From Amoeboaphelidium protococcarum X5 (Eukaryota > Fungi > Aphelidiomycota): a stretch of 64,000 bases of DNA. A model generated the notes under the pieces. It was not told where the DNA came from and made no database searches. It worked only from the letters and a program-made list of their open reading frames with translations. Of this stretch, positions 58,866 to 64,000 are shown in pieces (the stretch's first letter is position 1; every line of letters starts with the position of its first letter). The translations under genes were made by a program, and so were the position numbers. The stretch covers positions 235,812 to 299,811 of the forward strand of contig JALDTO010000212.1 in the NCBI GenBank assembly GCA_023515725.1, read 5' to 3'.

Positions 58866-59907
58866 TCTTAACAGTGTGACTAGTGAAAGAGAATCCTGTA
58901 TAGTCTTTTTCTTGACGAGTACTATTGTAAGTCCATATTCTTCCTTGACAAATTACCAACTGTCCAATCGCTAGACTATCGTAGGGTTCATCTAGAACTT
59001 TCTCATCCTCGTCTTTCACTACCCATTTTTGGCCCTTATTCAAGTTGATTTTGACTTCTAAATACTACTTATCAATGTTGACGGCAAACTTTGTGTTAGC
59101 GATATTGATCCCTGCGCCACTTCGGTGCTTCCTAGCTTAGGTTGATCCGCTCGCTGATCTCTCGCTGATCTAACGATCACTACTTTACTTTAGACATTAA
59201 CACCACTTAGTAGTAATATATTGATCATCTCTTATTAGTCTTTTCCAACCACATTGCAAAACTTTGGTTCAGTCTTTTTGGTAGACCATCCAGGGAACTG
59301 TTAACAAACCTTCACCAAAATCTGACTCTGCTTATTCGTATGAGGAGTTTCAGAACCTGGTAATCTTATTCAGAGAGTCTGACTACCAGTTTGTCTCCAT
59401 TTGAATTCAGTTGCATATTTATGATGATTCTAATCAGCGAAAGTTCAGTGCGCTTGTCATTATCTATACGCACCGTTTTACCATTGATCCAGTCGGTACC
59501 ATAAAGGTACCATTTCGCAAATTAAGGCAAATTTAGAGCTGCATCCTCTTGCAATTACGCGAAATCCTTGTAATATTATACCAAGTTTCGCGTTTACTCG
59601 GTAGACGTCGTTGTACCGCGAATCAGTTCCAGATCAGAGTCATCGCTAGACGATGTATCCACAATCGACCCCAACTTTCTAGGCTTTTTTCCTTAGATTT
59701 TTTTATCACAAACGTTTACACCTACTATTTCTCGTCAGCACTGAACAGTCTGGAATATTATGACGTCTACGTCTCTTCTTAGCCATTTCAAATGCAACTT
59801 AAGATGTATCTACTGTGTTGTGAAGTGCAATTTGAGGAAGTTGAAAGATAATGTATAAAGAGCGCACAGTAAATCTAAAAATCTTATCAATATAACCTAA
59901 ACCGAAC

Positions 59908-62900
59908 TCACAGATCAAAAATATTTTCGGGGGCAACATATTACTCCATGGTTCGGTTATGGAGCTGTGTCAAGAACAGATCATATTGTTTCAACTCCTA
60001 GGAGATCGTTAACTCGATTTTAGATTTTGCAAATTTTCGCAGAATTACTTATTACTCCAAAAACTTAGTTCTTGATGACGCGATATAAAACAATCTTTTT
60101 AGAAAGAACGTAAAAACATCTATCACCACAGGCCTTGTTACAGTCAAAGATTAGCAAGAGTGCGAAGTTATGGAGTACGCCAATCGCAAAGGCACTTAAG
60201 ATCTATAGAAAGTAGAGTTTCGATAACTCAAAGCCTTTTTGATTGGAGTAATTGCAACCACATTATTGCCATAGACTCCGTCAGCAAAAGAGAAATTTGA
60301 CGCAATTACTTTGTTCATTTTTACCAATACAGCTTCAGGCAACAGCTTTTTAACGCGATCCTAGTCATTTCGATATATAATCCCAATCACCACACCAGCG
60401 CAATTTCTTGCTAATCCAACTTCAGGGCAAATGTTCGAGGTCAAATACACATAATCGCCAGTTGTAAGAGTTACCTTATTCTCTAAACCACGCCAGCGTT
60501 CACCATCAAAGCGGCAGAGTTCTTTATTTATAGCAGATGTCAAGTCGGAGCTACTATCATGTTTGGCGTTGAAAGTACAGAGTTCAAAGTTAGAGCCAGC
60601 TAAATGACTACGACTGCGTTAAGTTTGAGATTGTAGCTACTGAATTTTTAAATTGAAGTACTACACGTACACATTCTTACCAAATATGAATAAAGGTTTG
60701 TCATCTAATTATAAACGCGGCCCTGCTAGATCAACTGCTCTTGAATAGAATTTGGCATACGTATCATCAGAGACTTTCCCTTATCTAATCTCCGAGAGCA
60801 TATCCTAACAGCAGTTGTCACCAGATTAGCGCATATTATCCTGTAAAATTATGGCGTGAGACATCTGGCTCCATGCAGCTACACCAAGGTGACCGCTTTG
60901 GCTCATCCTAGTAATTTCACATGCTGGATTGGGCGCAGACGCCGCAACAGGAGCCAATTGATGCTAATCGCCAAACCATACAGTGGGTAATCCACCGAAT
61001 AGACTTGAGGAACCTTTTGCAATCTACAATTGACGATTAATCTCATACACATGCTGACATGACAGAACACTGAACTCGTCTATTAAACAGACATATACGT
61101 TCGCGAATTTTAGCTACAACCTTTCAGTAGTAGTAGTCGACACATTATAAGAGCCGTGTGATCTTGAGAAATGTTCATCTGTGCCTGAGATGGATAGCAT
61201 AAGCTGAGAAGTGCAAGTGGAGCCATCAACATTTGAGGCAGCCACGCCATTATACGAGGATACAGTGACAGAATGTGCACCTAACTTGTACTGCATATAC
61301 AACCTGAATGCCAGTAGTAGAGTAGATTTTCCGGATCCAGGCATCCCTGCTATTACAAGTTGCAATCTTTCGCATTCAGTCATATTCTATTCCAACAACT
61401 CAGAATCTACATACTGACGAAACAAACCCCAGGCGCATGATTACTCTTTGTTCCGTCTAATTAAAGTCAGCAATTGGAGTAAATTACTTTTTACCTCATC
61501 AAAATTCAACTTCACCAGTTCATCACGTGTTGGTATTCAACTTTCAGGCGACTACAATCATGCCGAGTGCTCAAAGTTGCCAGAAACCGTAATGCCGACA
61601 TACTATACTGCTGTCTAGTCCAGAGCATAATTATCCAATATTCCCTTACTGAGAGCTATTTAAAACAAATACTTTGCATCATCATACACCTTTTTACACG
61701 GTTTCTCTAGTTCATCGGGTGGCGAAATGCTTATGTCTAAAAAGTCTTCATCGTCCTCGAGTTGTTGGTCATCAGCATCTTCATCACCATTTAGTAGATC
61801 AGGATTAAGCATTTATTCCAGACCAATGTGGCGCCCCTATTCCGGCACAAAATCCTACAAATCAGTTGAAGAGTCTATGGGTTGTTGACTATCTTCATCA
61901 TTATGAGGTTGACCCTTAAACATTGCACTTGCAGTAGCAATCCGTCAGTTTACTGATATAATGATTGAAAGACGCATTAAAATTATTCGCTTTCCATAAC
62001 TCGTATACCTCCATTCCCGCAGACTTGTATTGTTTACCCCAGCCAACATGGACATTAGGACAAATATCGAACTGAATTAGCTTTTTATCTATATCAGCAT
62101 ATCGCCACGGTATAAAAGCGACCATTGCCTGAAAACAAAATTTATAATCAAGTTCATCAACAGGACGGTAAGGCATTATACTGAGAGACTAGTTAGAAGA
62201 ACGCGCTAATTTGACTATGGAATGAGTAGAATGCTGGTGGTGATCATTTGGAAATCAACCTTCTCTTTGGCAGTGTCTTTATCACGGAGAATTTTTTAGA
62301 AAGATCGCCCATACTTCTACAGTTATACACCAGATAAACTTGCACTTCGTGATGAATAGTCTACAAAAGGGACACTTGCGAGAACTAAAGAATTGGTGGT
62401 AGCACTCTACTATAGTTATTTCTAAGGATAATCAAATGGTACATAAAGTTCTTGGTACTTGTTGAAGAAGGTACTGAAGCAGCCGAACCGTCGGCTAAGG
62501 TTACCAAATTGAAGGACCTCGGAGAAAATTCATCATACACTCTTTGACAGGTTGAGATAAAATACAAGTTCTTATAGATCTGATATTTTATATTACTTAT
62601 TTTTCTCTACATCTTGTACATTATTCATTCAACGCGCCCCGATGAGCACAAACTCTTCCACATGTTGATCGCGCCACTCGGTTTGTGGACTAACTTGTCC
62701 TCATTCGACTTTACTTCACCAAAACTCGGTAAGACGGCGTAAAACTCACTCAACACATGAAGTAGACTATTCGGTACAGACTGAAAGTAGTTGGAGCGAG
62801 ATGTCTCGAAAACTCTTGACATGTGGCGATGAGGACAATCTGTACGCAAGTTGATCAACACGCGCCGTAGTTGCGGACAAGGTGTCCTCATTCTACTTAT

Positions 62901-64000
62901 TTCACCACAACTCAATTTGATGACGTTATACTCATACCGACTTTGATATATACTATCTATAGACTAATTGTAGTTTGAGCGAGAGATCTTATAACTCACA
63001 ACGTGAGGTGATGAGGGCAATCTGTTCGGCTGTGACACTGACGTGATCCAATTTGCTCACCGAACACGATCAACTTATCAGGTAACTAGCCGGATCCATC
63101 TGTTTTTAGAATGATCAACCAAGGTACGAACTATGGACTCTTTCTGGTCACTTTAAGTATATTACGCACCATAGTTATGTAATCTCACGTGTGTCTTTGG
63201 TCAATTAAAGTTAAGGTGGTAGCCCGATGGTTTAGCGCCGATACATTGACTCGTAGTAATTGCGCGTAGTTTTGGTCTACCTTTTATCAATTTAAAAGGG
63301 GCTGTACATTGGATTTGTCTTGGTAACTCCAGAACGCCTTATGTTGGGACATCGTAATCTCTGCCGCTCGTTCCGTCTGCAAACATCTGCCCGCTTTCCC
63401 TTCTTTCTTTCTGCTATTGTGTGTTTAGAATCCTACTACTGTATTAAGTCCGATTAAAGTATAGTGTTGTATAGTTCAGCCGATTGTTGCTGCCATTGCT
63501 ATTTGTAATTGAATTTGTTGTGAATGTTTTGCGTTTCATCTTTCTGGTTAAAGGGTGTACGTGTGTCATTGCAATGTGTTCAGTATGCTTTACTTCAACT
63601 GGATTAAAGTGGATTCAAGAGATATTGAATTTCTATCTATATATTGCTCCTATTATATGAAGGATATATATGTGGTATTCGTCAGCTAATAGATACGGAC
63701 CATGAAATTTTGTGGTGTCTAATGTGTCGCATCCTCGGTCTTTATCAAGCGCAGTACTGTGTAATGAGTAAGTGAGTATGGGATCACTGTAATTTTGCGG
63801 CCGTTGGTCTGCTCTCTGACTGCGATATTGTAAGGCATCGTGTCCATCCATACCTTGGCATCCTATTGTATCCGAAATTGGCTATGCACTCACAAGCAAT
63901 GTTCTTTTGATGTATCATGGCTAACGCTGGCTGGCTCGGCTTACAGAGTATGCATTTGTAAATGTGCCTCACTGTGTTGCAATCTGCTCTTGATCGGTGT
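59908..64000 (-). mobile_element. Decayed Helitron-like RepHel with a PIF1-family helicase (5' part off-window)
   Basis: Walker A GMPGSGKST, YNGVAASNVDGST, LIDEFSVL, FGGLPTVWFGDQHQLAPV, ILQDNMRQ, RSQVPLRLAYSITSHSCQSLT and FYIASSR. Upstream AMVAFIPWR is typical of the Helitron linker. Frameshifts lie upstream of about 61900. Confidence 0.8.

Overview
Gene-dense eukaryotic DNA with fungal/opisthokont-like proteins and short GT-AG introns (about 50-75 nt). It uses a non-standard nuclear code: TAA and TAG read as Gln and every complete gene I traced ends in TGA, so the supplied standard-code ORF track fragments the genes. This fits the aphelid algal parasitoid Amoeboaphelidium protococcarum (inference from the code plus protein character). 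Positions 0.4-22 kb and 28-54 kb are a tight array of mostly housekeeping genes: JmjC, Sec7/BIG, F-BAR-SH3, RCC1-like, two CBM48 proteins, RPS3, a dual-specificity phosphatase, Ipi1, Doa1/PLAA, PP2A-A, Krr1, Tdp1, acetoacetyl-CoA synthetase, an alpha/beta hydrolase, a CAP-C/SEC-C protein, Nop10, an RRM protein, Chd1, metaxin, SWIRM and a Munc13-like protein. A gene-sparse island at 22.3-28.2 kb holds two diverged paralogs encoding signal peptide + RING finger + an unrecognised helical domain (candidate secreted E3-ligase effectors), plus a solo LTR and an LRR-like orphan. The RPS3 intron contains a candidate C/D-box snoRNA. Positions 53.9-64 kb hold decayed Ty1/copia and Helitron-like (PIF1 helicase) elements that also use TAR=Gln. 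All translations were done by eye and family assignments come from remembered motifs, not database searches.
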